Source: Rhynchopus sp. YZ270_cl-10 (lineage: Eukaryota). Taken from it: a stretch of DNA of 64,000 nt. Under the pieces are notes generated by a model, which made no database searches, was not told the origin of the DNA, and saw nothing but the letters and a program-made list of their open reading frames with translations. Location: positions 682,001 through 746,000 of the forward strand of contig OZ037845.1 of NCBI GenBank assembly GCA_964035575.1, read 5' to 3'. The translations under genes and the position numbers were made by a program. Shown piece by piece: positions 23,373-35,489 of the stretch; within the stretch, counting starts at the first letter, position 1, and every line of letters starts with the position of its first letter.

Positions 23373-26300
23373 TGCAGTAGTCCTGTCGGGTGGTGTACCA
23401 TTTTTTCCCCAGAGCAACTTAGGTGTAATTGTGGTTAATTGTGTGTACGTGTGTTTGATAACTAGTGGGGGTAATTCTTGCTCAGAATATGGCCCCGACG
23501 TGTACGTGTGTGTACTTGTGCTGAAAGTGTGCTGAAATTGTGCCTAATATAGGCACAGTTCAGGTGAGTATGGTGCTAGTTGCGCCCAGCTGTGTTTTGA
23601 GTAAAACGGTACAAAAAACAGGGAAACAAGTGGTAGTGCCACTGGTACAAAACTTTTCTAGCGAAGCCACGGTACGCAACATTTTGGGTAGAGCTGTGGG
23701 CTACCGCTAGTAATTTTTAGCTGCGTCGCAGGCGCACGGTACGCTACTTTCTTGAGAGTTGTGAACATGTTGAAAAAAAAAAAGGCAACAAACGAACACG
23801 CCGCGGACTTCCGTCGTCCTCCTCCGCACAGGGGGTGGGGTGGTACGGCCAGCTTGACTCACAGACCCACGCTAGCTAGCCCTCTGCACAGCACACTTTA
23901 CCTGACCAGTCCTGCAAAAACCCTGGAAAAAAACACCCCCCTTTTTTTCCCTCCAATTCACAACTCTTCACAACTGTTCACAACTCTTCACAAATCTTCA
24001 CAACATCTGTGTTTTTTTCATCCAAATTTTCATTTCAATTCACAACTCTTCACAACTATTCACAACTATTCACAACTCTTCACAATTCTTCACAAAAAAA
24101 TGGCCAAAAATTATGTTGTGAAAACTTGTGAAAACTTGTGAAGATTGGTGAAGATTGGTGAAAATTTGTATTTTCCGATACCCCGGAACACACCACATTG
24201 AGAATATACGAGAAAGGGTGAGAGGGAGAAAAAATGCTGTATACTCTGGCTGTCATTCCATGGGAGAAAAGGTGGTCAGATAGCCCTAAAGCACCTCGCT
24301 ACCTTTTCTTTTACAGAGGTTTTCAGGGGTTCCCTTGCCACCTGATTTTGTCTGAAATTTGGAGGATTTGGAGGTGTTTTAAACCACCCCTAAACTCCCA
24401 CCAAATTCTACCAAAATTTCAAGGAAAAATCAGGTAGTCTTTTTGTCTCCCCCTCTTCCTGTGTAACCTTCTCTCAGCTTCTGAAACGCAGCACAAAATA
24501 ACAAAAAAAAAAGCATCGTCCCTGTGAGATAAAAAAAAAACCGAATCTTGGAAATCAACGTTTTTTTTGTTATCGACAATCATCAACAATCACCCAAAAA
24601 GAGGTGTGTTCTGACTATCCAAAACTACAGGGCACATCTCATTTCCCATCAGTGCCAAAAAAAAAACTAAACGTTTTCTGTCCTTCAGGGTTGTGTATAT
24701 TTGTTCCGCTTTTGCTCAAGGCAAAAAAAAAACCCCCCAAAAAAAATTTCAAATTTGAAATAGAGTAAGCCATCAAGACCCACAAAAAGGAAAGGAGGGA
24801 AGAGGATGGCCTATATTAGGCCAGGGGGGGATATAACAACGGGAAGGGGTATTTGACTTGAGAAAAGGAGGGGAAGGGTTTATTTTTCTTTCGCGCGAGG
24901 TCCGCTCTCTCTTACTTTTTTCTTTCTTTCGAACCAACTAAAAAACAAAAACAAAAACAAAAACAAAAAAACCTGAAGAGGGATGTGCGCTTCACTGTGC
25001 ACACACTCCCAGCTTCCCTTTAAACTAGAGTGGAAGGGTGGAATGGGATGAGAAACAGGGGGCATAGCAGGGGGGGGGGGCAAAAAAAGGAAGAAAAATT
25101 GATGAATCTAAGCCTTTCTGAACTTTGTCACCTTTTAAAAAGAAAAAAAAACTAAAAACAGTGGGGAAAACGTTCAAAAGGGGAAAACACTAATCCCTTC
25201 ACTGTCCACTGGGTTATCGGGGGGGAAAATGGACCTTTCGGGGCCATAAACCATTCAACCTTGTGGATAAAATTTCTTCGCAAAAATATGACTAAATAAA
25301 TGAGGGGGCCCATTCCTTGGCCAACCATCCCTCCTCCTCCTCCTCCCAAATTTTCTGTGTAAAGTGCATTTCTTTTTGTGTATCAACTAATGACCTGTCC
25401 GAGGACGGGTTCTGCAAAAAAGTGACGTACATTGTGTGTTTTTTTTGTTTCTGTTGTGAAGAACATCACTTTTTTGCACCTTGAAATGAAATTCTACGTT
25501 ACCGTTTTACCCTGACTGCACGGTGGTGTGTGGTACAGGCGACGGACACTGTCTTGCTTGCATCTGTGTTTGTCTTTGGGCGTACCTCAGGCAAGAGGGA
25601 TATACCCCCTACCTGGTTGGTATAAACGACAATAAACCCGGGGGCTAAAATATACATTACGCAGACGAGTTCCATCAGTTGTGTTGTTAAAACTTGAGTT
25701 TTTTTTTCTTGTGTTTTGTTTTCATGTCAAAGAAAGCTGAACATAAGCCTTGCTTGGACATCTCGAAACAAAAAAAAAAGGGGGGTAGAGTTAGTAGCGC
25801 AAACGCCTCTGGGACGCAAAGCACTGATGCTTCGTGGGGTATATCGAACCCATGGAGTGTTTAAAAAAAAAGAAAATGGGTAAGACTTACAGTGGTCTTT
25901 TGTTTTTGTTTAGTTTCCTTGAATATTATCACATTTTCTTTGGGGATTCCCTTAGGAAACGGAGATTAGCATTTTATGGTTTTTTTTTTATGCAAAATAA
26001 AAGAAAAAAGTGGGTAAGATGAATCTGAGACTCTGCTCAGTCACCTCAAGGGTTTTGCTTTTTTTTTGTTTGTAACAAATTACAAATAGAAAAATGCACT
26101 TAAAAGCGACATTGAATACAAAAAGGGAGTGGGGAAGATTCTCCCAAAAAAGAAAACTGTTCCTTTTATTGACACCATTGTGCCTTTTTGTTTTGAATTA
26201 AAAAGAACAGGGCCTGTACCATTTCGGGCAAAAAAAACAATCGCATTGTGGGGTGAGGGGGGGAGAGACAAATTAACAACAATCCACAACCACGTTTTTT

Positions 26301-29184
26301 TTTTGTTTTTTTTAAACGATCCATTTGATTTTTGCGTTGTTACCGACAAACCACCCACCAAGGGTGGTATTGTACAGCAATGCACCCCAAAGGGCTAGGA
26401 TACTTACAGACATAATTTTTTTTTTCTTCCCTTCATTTTGGGGCAGCAGACGGAGCTACGGGAGAGCAAAAACACAGGATTTTGAGATAGTGCACACCAT
26501 CAGCAATGCTACGGTGCACAGCAATCGTACTCTCAAAGGGGAAAAAAAGTGAAGTTGATAGTGCAAACGCCTCTGGGACGCAGGCACTGACACTCCACAG
26601 GAAAAAAAAAAATGGGGTGTGTATGTGTGGTGTTTGCCACACATCAACCCGAACTAAAAGGAAAAAAAATAGAGTTTTGCAACAAATTTGAAGAGAGGGG
26701 GTACTGGGGGGCTCATATGTGCTCGCAAAAACAAAGAAAACACGAAAGGTGTTGGATGTTCTCACGAACAACACATCTTTTTCACAAAACCTTTTAACGC
26801 ATGATGCGACAAGAAAAAAAGGTCCTGGGTTTCCCTTGGGTTGAAAAGAAAAAAGGAAAAGGGTTATAAAAGGATCCTAAACCTCTGCTGTCTTGAAAAA
26901 AGTTGATTTTTGAAATAAACAAAAAGCCTTTTCGTGAATTATACTACAGTGCATGACAAGTATACAACTGTGGATCCATTTTTGAGAAAAGAAAAAGAAA
27001 AAAGAGTTGAGATGATATGCTCAGCCGTTTTTAATTTGCGGCTTTCACCTTGAAAAAAAAGGGTGTCTCATTTTGCAAGGGGTGTACATAAAAGTAGAGT
27101 TGAAATACAAAGCCTCTCGTGAACAGTGTACCGGGGGGGTGGACACCCAACCATGCAGTCCTACAATCCATTTCGTTTACATCTAATAAATAAAAACACC
27201 GTGTGAATTGACACTCCCCATCTTTTCTTTTATTTGGGGCAGAGGTGACCAAAATAACGACAACTTTTTGAGCAAACATGCTTTGGTTTCATTTTTGTTT
27301 TCTGTGTAGTGACATTCGAGGATGTACTCACTTTTTCGTTTTTTTTCCTTCTTTGTCCCGTTGGGACCGTATTTCTTGGGGAATTTGAAAGGGGGGTTTT
27401 TTTTGTGTTTTTTTGTGTTATTTTTTTGCTTCAGGGGGAAGCCAACATACCCACGCACTCAGATCAAGCACAAAAAAAAGAGGGAGAACAACAAAATCGA
27501 TAGACGCTATCCTATATCTTCTCACCACAGCATTTTTTTTTTTTTTTGTTTTTTTGTTTTTTGAAAACTTGGTTGTATTAGTGTAGCCACCCTAGAGTGT
27601 GCTCCACTATGTTTTTTTTTGTTTTTGGATTACCTAGGCGAGTAGGCGGGTTGTACGTCACTGGCACAGTGTGCCTGAAACGCCTTCCCTGTTGCTGCTG
27701 TGTACTGCATTTTTTTTTCTACCCAGGGTTGTCATCTCTTCTTTGAAAACCCTAATTCACGAAATACCCAAAAAAAATATTCGAAAATCCTCACATTATG
27801 TTACAAAAGAGGGCGAAATATTGAGACGTTCCTATTCCGGTAACAGACGGGGGTGATCTGTAAGGGAGTTGAATAAATACTCAATAAACGAAGAACAACA
27901 GCAAACGACAACACATCAACACCCCCACCTAAAAATACGGAATCTACCCCCAATAGTACCAAATAAAGATGATGGGAGGGTGTGTTAAGGTAGCCCTGCA
28001 AAAAAGAGAATTGAACCGTAGTCCAAAACATCTTTTATTTATTTCGGTGCGAACCTGAATGGGGTTTTGGGGAGAAGAAACCTGAAACCAAATTATATCA
28101 AGGCGCGAAAGAAAAAAAGTATGCCTCCATCAAATTTTTTTTTTTGTTTGGCCTTAGACAATCACAAGATCATTTTTTCTTTCACAGAATCCTTAAAAAA
28201 GAGAGCAAATAGAAAGGACATCTCTCTTGCATTACCTCAGAAAATCGCTATTCTTCCATAAGGACTGATCGGTAAAAAAAATAACCCCAAGCAAAAAAAA
28301 AAAAAACCCCCCCTTCTGGTACTAGATCCGATCCAACCGTATCTAGTACCCTCAGAGCAAAGAGTTGTTATAAACCAGACAACCCCCTTATCCTACCCCA
28401 CATCCCCAATCGAGTCTCGGAAAATAAAGTGAAGCTGAGTGACTGCAAACGCTTCTGGGACGCAAGGCACTGACACTTTTTCATATTGTACAACTATTCT
28501 GAGAGACACAAAAGAGCAGTTGAAATGTGCTAAAACGCATCTTTGTCGGATGCACAAAAGGCACCGAGGCTCCGTGGAACAGATGCATTTTTTTTTTTGT
28601 AGCATTGGCAAATCTCACTTTACACCTATTGGCAAAAAGATCTGTACCCAATGTCGGTCGAAGCCTTTATTTAAAATTTTGAGACGATCTGTGTGCCCGA
28701 CAACATCCATTTTTTTCAGATCCCTCTCGCTCTTTATATTTTCCCCCTAAGTGTCTATAGGGTACTATCGTTTTGTTGTCACTCTGCATTGTAGGGAAAA
28801 CAACACTTCACAGAATATTGTTCAAAAATTATTTCAAAAAAAAAAAAAAAGACGGAAAAAAAAAATGCGGAAAAATGCGAAATATCATTCGGATAAATTC
28901 ATTTGCCTTACCCCTTTGTTTGTTTATTTGAAATACCGTCAGAAGAGCGGTGGGTATGTCGTACACATAAGCATTTGGTGGTGGGATGGGGGAACAAGGA
29001 AAACAAAAACAAAAACAAAAAAAAAACAGAATAAGACATCACGAAAACCACCCTTCCCCTCCCAGGCAATCGCCCTGAGCGCCCACCTCGGGGTGGGTGC
29101 TCAGGTTACGTCCTCAAGTTGCCCGGAGCCTCCTAAATAAATCATTGAAAGATGAACACGCCTCTGGTGCATGCACATCTTAAG

Positions 29185-29370
29185 GTACCGTATTTGGTGT
29201 GGCCGACGACCCCAAAATAGCAGAAAATAGCAGAAAGTAGCACAACAATAGCACCCCCTTTCAGCCACACCAGTATTCGTACAAAAGTATCAACCGTAAA
29301 AAATGGTCAAACTTCCAGAAGAATTCTGAAAAGATCGAACATATTTACGGTCGATAATTTGTACGAATAC
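29185..29370. mobile_element. About 108-bp MITE (GTACCGTATTCGTACAAAA TIR), interrupted by the 78-bp element
   Basis: After removing 29195-29277 it aligns with the reverse complement of 33747-33854. Confidence 0.75.
29195..29272. mobile_element. 78-bp miniature TGGTG...CACCA element
   Basis: TIR TGGTGTGGC/GCCACACCA. 5-bp TSD GTATT at 29190-29194 and 29273-29277. Internal AAAATAGCAG repeats. Confidence 0.85.
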
Positions 29371-31460
29371 GATAATCACCTATGTTCGGTATAAAAAAAA
29401 GACATTCGCTTTTTTTTCACCAACAAAAAAAAAAGAAGAAAAAAAATATTGAACAAACGACGTTGGTGTTCTGGTTGGGAAATAGTGTCGTTGTCACGGT
29501 ACAAATTTCGTATTTTTTTTTCACCCACTGAATTCAAAAAATCACAAAAAAAAAAAAACAAAAGACGAAATAAATTTCATATACTTTCCATTCAAAGAAG
29601 AGAAAGCACACAAAGGAGGAAAATAAATAAAACAAAAAAAAATGAACCACAACAAAAGAATCATAAGAACACCGCAAATATTCACTTTGGTCCCTTTTTT
29701 TACTCTTTGTGGATTACTGGTGAATGTTTGTGGTATTCTTACCCCACCCCCCACCCCACCGCAACCCCAGCAAAGCAAAAAATGGCAATTTAAAAAAAAA
29801 AAAGTACATACCCACCTAAAAAAGGCGGGAACGCTGACAGAACAACAAAATCAGTCTCGAAGAAAACAAAAAGAAAATGGTTGGTCTGACCTCTTGCAAA
29901 TAAAAAAGGGAATAATTATTGATTGCAATTGCAGCCAGCTCCGACTGACCCACGTACAATGTCAACAGGGGGGGAAAAACAAATTCTGCTGACATTTAAA
30001 GAAAAGAAAAGAAGGGAGGAGTGGATAGGGGGGGGAGAAGGAGGGGAGAAAAAAGACAATGAGAAAAAAAACGACATATCACCTTTGCATCCGTATTTCC
30101 ATTTTTTGTTTTTTTTGTCGGAAATCTAAAAAAAATTATGTTGGTGTAGACAAGAAGTAGTCGGTATGAATACAACTTCGAGCCAAGTTTTTTTGTAACA
30201 GTTTTTTTTTGAAAGCTCGTCGGAATCGAAGAAAAAAAAAACCAAAAAAAAAACAAAACAAAAGACAAAAAAAAAAATGGTAAGGGGGTTGCCAAAATAA
30301 TAATAAAAAAATGATCCAAAGGAGGGGTATGGGGAAATGAACATGAAATCTCTTTGTTGCGAACGCTTTTTTTAAATTTTCTTCTTTTTTTGCTATTTTG
30401 TTGTGAACCAAAAAAAAAGGGGGTAAAGTTTGCCAGCGCAAACATCTGTGGGATGCAGGCGCTTTAAAAAGAGAAGGAATTTTTTTGTCAGATAAGCCTA
30501 ATAAGCTCCCTCTCCTGCTATTGCCACTTTTGAAAAAAAAAATTTTTTTGAAGATGAAAATGGGGGGGTACCCTTCACAACGGTCTAGTCGGGGGACTAC
30601 TAGTATCTCCTCTAGTCAAGGTTGTTACTACTGGGTACTGTGGTTATTACCTCTATTCACACTAATAGCACTACCCAACTATTATTGTGACGAATCGTAC
30701 TACCAAAAAACCACTATAGTCGTAACACACACTTATTTGAGACTTAGGAGCACCACTAGTCGTCCTGACAGACGGCTGTGTTCATCTTCCTTTTTTAAAG
30801 GCGCATCTTCAGAATACTGTATGTGAAGAACAAGAAGAACCATAGAAAGCATAACAGGAACTCTCATGGTTCAAGGATGGAGTATCTGAAGCCCTTTCCT
30901 AAAGGGGTTTGCAAGAAGAACTTAGTACACTAAAATGGGAAGTTTTGATGAGAACCTAACGTTAGATTCTAAAGAAGAAGGGTGGAGTCAAGATGCACAA
31001 TACGAAAACACCCCACTGTGCAAAGAATGGGCGGGGACATTATCTCTCCCAATTTCTTTCGTTTCGAGATTTTTTTTTATTTGTCAATAAAAAGGCGAAA
31101 GAGTTGAGTGCAAACGGGATGACACTGAAACTGAAAATAAATAGGAGGTTGGTGTTGTTTACAAAACGCTTCTGAAGTGCAGACACTGAAGCCCCGTAAG
31201 ATAATATTGAATTTCTTCAGGAGCTTCACGTTATAACAGAAGAAAAACACAGACAACCTGAAATCAGCAAAAATGACAAATTTTCTTTCAAAAAAATAAA
31301 TGTTTCGAGCAAAATATTGTAAAAAAAAAAAGTTGATAGATCAGAATAGACAAAAAATGCATACACTTTACGCTTTTTTTTTGGACAGTATTGGTTGGGT
31401 ATTTCGCCCCTTCCGGTATGTTTTCGATGGTTTTCTTTTGTGTGTCCAAAAAAAGAACCT

Positions 31461-31497
31461 TTTAAGATAGATGTGCCTCTCGTGCACACATATCTTA
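31461..31497 (-). repeat. Polar hairpin repeat family D (best copy)
   Basis: + strand AAGATAGATGTGCCTCTCGTGCACACATATCTT. Copies at about 13846, 29145, 32438, 33536, 50509, 51356 and 57488. Confidence 0.8.
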
Positions 31498-33181
31498 AAA
31501 AGAAAAAGGGAGGCATGCACATTCACAAGGCTAGTTTGAGAAGGAAAATAAAAAAGGTTGTGGGAGGTGCCAATTTTGTCGGCATTTTAACCTAATTTTT
31601 TTTTTTTCCCTTCTGTTCTCACAAAGAATGATACCACGCTCTCCCTTTTGACACAAAAAAAACCAAATTTTCTGAAAAAATACAGCACACTTTTGTATCC
31701 AAAAAAAAACAAAACAAAACAAAAACAAACAGAGACAACTTGAACGAATGTGCCTCAGGTGTACACATACATAACAATAATAAACCTTGAACATGATAAT
31801 GGACACATATTCTATATCCATACACAGCGTGGTGTGCGGATAGGTTTGAAAGGAGTGAAGAAGACTAACCCATGCCAGGGAGGAGCGAAAAAAAAAGAGC
31901 CAATAGGAAATAACAAAAGAATCTGATCTCCCGCTTTTCCAGGAAGCTATTTAAAAAAAAAGGGGGGAGTTTGAAGGAAGTTGCAAAAACGCCTCACCGT
32001 ACGGCGGATGCAGGCCTCTGATTCTCCACAGGGTTTATCGAACCCTAGAAATCACTTCATTGGCATGCAGACGGATACCATGAGGGAGGTTGTAAGCAAC
32101 AACAATGCGTGACTCATTTTTTTGAAAAAAAAACGAGAAATCAAAAATTCTTGTGATCCAAGCAAAAAAAAAGAAAGATTGCAGATTATGCCATTACTTC
32201 AGGTATACACTCTGAAGAAGGCTTCAATGCGTAAGGATGCTCTTATGAGCAATTTTTTTTTTCTCATTTTCCTATTTTTTCTTTTCTCTCCGAGGCATGT
32301 GGGCAAAAAAAAAAGACAAAATTGTAAAAACAAAAACCAATTTTTTTTGGAGTGAATAATATTTGGTCAACCCTTGATATAAGGGTACATCAGATATCCA
32401 TATCCTCCAAGAACACGGCAGTCAAAAATAAGAATATTTGAAAAGATGATTGTGCCTCTCGTGCACACACACACATCAAATAACAAAAAATGAAAGTTTG
32501 AAGTGCAAACCTTTGCCTGTGGACGCAACAAATATTTATAAGATGACACCAAAAACCTTGAGTCACCTTGTATGCCAACAAAATGGGAGGTACTGATTGC
32601 AGACACCCCCCCGACTGACCTACAGGATGAAAGCACAACAAAAAAAGACAAATATTTTGTGAGATGAACCTAAGCCTCGCTGAGCTAAGTCACCTATATG
32701 ACAGGGAAAGCTAAACGATGGGTTATTGTGCTTGGTCCACCAAACAAAAGAGAAGTTGAAGGTGCAAAAACGCCTCACCGTACACTGGACGCAGGGCGCT
32801 AAAATAAATACCTCCCCCTTCCCCACCCCCTTCGGTGGCAAATTTGAAGTTGCATTGTACTAATTTCATATACTTTCTAAAGAGAAAGCACAACGACACG
32901 CAGTTTGCATTTTTTTTTTTTTAAATTGGGTTTGGGAGGAATGTAATTTGTAATAAAGGCTGGGTGCGTGGTTTTGGGAAAGCTGTGGGTAACGCTAATA
33001 ATACTTTGTGACAAAATACACAACTTGAAAATATTTAAAAAAGAAATCCTTTTGAAGTATGGATAGGGAGAAATGGGGCAAACAATAGAATCATCACTCT
33101 TTGTTATGGATGAATCACCAATCCAACAATCCTCCCACCGAAAGAGGTGGGATGTGACCGCTCAAATGTCACCCCCAATAA

Positions 33182-33300
33182 AAAGTTGACTTGAAATACA
33201 AAGCCCTCTCGTGAACAGTGTACCTGGATTACAATGACCGGCTGTACCGGGGAGACCCCAAACCATGCAGTCCTACAATCCATTTTGTGGTTTACATCTG
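33182..33300 (-). repeat. Polar hairpin repeat family A (longest copy)
   Basis: + strand core TTGAAATACAAAGCCCTCTCGTGAACAGTGTACC. Other copies at about 5742, 19615, 27091, 44773, 45041, 50244, 57168, 57301 and 61615, all in the same orientation. Confidence 0.9.
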
Positions 33301-33746
33301 AAAAAAGACCAGGGTATGTACACAGGCACACCTCATCCACAAAGAGTTGTGCCAGAGAGGAGACAAATAGGACAGTAAATGATCATTTTTTTTCGGTTTT
33401 GTCATTTTCTTTTTTTTCGTTTGATAATTAGGTTTAGGGAATGGGTGTTTGAAAAATACACAAACTGACACACAAAAAATAACACTGAAATAAGATGATA
33501 AAAATAGGGTAAGGGAACCAAAAAAAATGAATATTTGAAAAAGATGTGCATCAGTAAAGCACGTCTTTAAAAAAGAAGTTTTTAAAAAAATGGGGAAGTG
33601 AACACAATGTCTCTCATGCGAACTCCTTCACAAAAGAGCAACTATGCCATAACCCCTTAACTCTGTTTGCACGACGGTGAAGTGAATGACATGTCTTGTG
33701 GCTTTGTTTCGGCTTACAACGGCAAAACCACAAAAGAATAACCACT

Positions 33747-33854
33747 GTACCGTATTCGTACAAAATTATCGACCGAAATAATGTTCGACCATAGGGTTTT
33801 TCTGGAAGTTTCGACCATTTTTACGGTCGATAATTTTTGTACGAAATACAGTAC
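33747..33854. mobile_element. About 108-bp MITE, uninterrupted copy
   Basis: Imperfect TIR GTACCGTATTCGTACAAAATTATCGACCG / CGGTCGATAATTTTTGTACGAAATACAGTAC. Confidence 0.75.
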
Positions 33855-34363
33855 TTCAATGTATCGTGTAGGCAATGGCTTTTTCCCCCAAGCCAACCAC
33901 CCTTTTTTTGTCCCCCCCTTTTTTTCCGTTTTCCCTCACCTCACAAGAAAGGCGAATAACAGGATTCGACATGGAAAGAATTGAGGTAAGTTCAAAGGAA
34001 AAGGGCGGAACAAAAATAAGGCGGAAAGGGCTATTTAGGGGTAGGAAAAAAAACCTCCCAAAACAGGAAGGTGTAAGTATTTTGTGGAAAGACGGTTTTT
34101 TTGTTTACGTTGGGGCTGGGGCCATCTTGTTTTCATGAAAAACGAAATAAAAAAAAACAAAGATAAATATGAGCAAAAAGTCGTTCCCTCAAAGAGCAAA
34201 GCCATAATCCGCTTTGCCCTTTCGTTTTTTTCCTTCAAAAAAAAAAAACTCAAATTTCAAAAAGGTTCGCAACAAAAAAAAATCAATATTCTTACATCCT
34301 CCCTCCCCTCCCCTCTTCCCCCCCACTTCACATTTTTTTTTACTTTGACAAAAAAAAAAAAAA

Positions 34364-35125
34364 TCATTTTCTCCTTTGTCCGAGGAGTTCAACCATATTC
34401 GTGCCCATTGCTTTTCTCTGCTCATGACAGGTCGAGCTTTCGATGGTGCGGAAGGTGTGGAGGTGGACGTCTGCGGCACGGCGGAGCTCGTCGTCTACGT
34501 CGCCGTCTGCGTGGAGGTCTTCGAGTAGGCGGGCTAGGCTGCGGGAGGCAAGCAAGACAACGTTGCTGTCGGTTGTGTCCTGCAGGATGCGCTCCTGCAG
34601 ACGCTTCGCTGTGAGGTGCGAGATCTGCGAGATAACAACCTCATTCCTGACATTCAGCAGGGACGCGGAGTGGAGCAGCTCCCGGCACGTTGCCTTGCAG
34701 TCTGTCGACACTCCGCACCGAGCGGGGAGGATCAACGACGCAGCCATCTCCCTCCTCACCTTGCACCTATGCTCTGGAACGACCTTCTGATAGATCAACC
34801 TCGTCTGCACAACACCAATCAACTCAAGCCCCACCAAAATCCTCTCAACCAACTGCTGTTCCTTCAAAGAAGGACTATTTGCGTCAGTCGAATAATGTGC
34901 AAGAGAAGAAATACAGTGCTCTCCAGAAGGCGAAGGGGGTGGCTGGGAGTGTCCCGAGCCGCGTCCTCCGCTAGTGTTCTGCAGGTATAAAGATTCTTGG
35001 GAGGACCCCGTAGTGCTCACACTGCATACACTCAGGGTGTCTTCGCTTTGTTCAGCCATACGCCGTTTCACCTCGCGCGCGCCGAACACCGAGCTGTAGT
35101 ATCTGAGTCGTCTGTGGTCTACCAT
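34364..35125 (-). CDS. Hypothetical protein, 253 aa
   Basis: ATG-initiated ORF filling a GC-rich island between A/T-tract flanks, on the same strand as the cluster. No family recognised. Confidence 0.7.
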   Translation of the reverse strand: MVDHRRLRYYSSVFGAREVKRRMAEQSEDTLSVCSVSTTGSSQESLYLQNTSGGRGSGHSQPPPSPSGEHCISSLAHYSTDANSPSLKEQQLVERILVGLELIGVVQTRLIYQKVVPEHRCKVRREMAASLILPARCGVSTDCKATCRELLHSASLLNVRNEVVISQISHLTAKRLQERILQDTTDSNVVLLASRSLARLLEDLHADGDVDDELRRAADVHLHTFRTIESSTCHEQRKAMGTNMVELLGQRRK

Positions 35126-35489
35126 TTTAGCCTGTGACGATATTTTTGCTTAAAAGGGGAAAGAAAAACGGGAGATAGGGGAAAAGGAAGGACGGAAGAG
35201 AGGAGAGAATAAAACAGAGAGGGGGAGAAAAACAAACAGAAAAAAATAAATAAAATAAAATTAAGTGTGCTGTGAGGTGGTGGAGTTTCATTTCCCCGCA
35301 GAGGTTGAAAGTGCAAAAACCCTTAGACACAGACACAAGGCGGAGCAGAACGCAATATCTCCGGGGAACTAACAACCGACAGCTTCAAAGATCACTTCAG
35401 AAATACCCTATACAAAACTCCCCCCCACTTTTTTTTCTTCTAACGGTACAACACTGAAAATATGCTAAAATAATCTAATTTTTTTTTTT

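Larger units (their letters stand above)
21179..24195. mobile_element. Non-autonomous composite TIR element, TGGTG...CACCA family, 3017 bp
   Basis: 37-bp TIR with one mismatch (TGGTGTGTTCCGGGGTATCG(A/G)AAAATACAAATTTTCA). 5-bp TSD CATTG at 21174-21178 and 24196-24200. Subterminal 10-bp TTCACAACTC/GAAGAGTTGT arrays at both ends. No transposase ORF. Confidence 0.92.

Noticed and set aside
22044..23535. 457-aa, 370-aa and 235-aa ORFs as possible transposase
   Set aside because: They are dominated by microsatellite translation and show no DDE or DNA-binding motifs.
30582..30775. ACTAGT-rich imperfect fold-back
   Set aside because: Possibly a decayed MITE, but the termini and TSD could not be defined.
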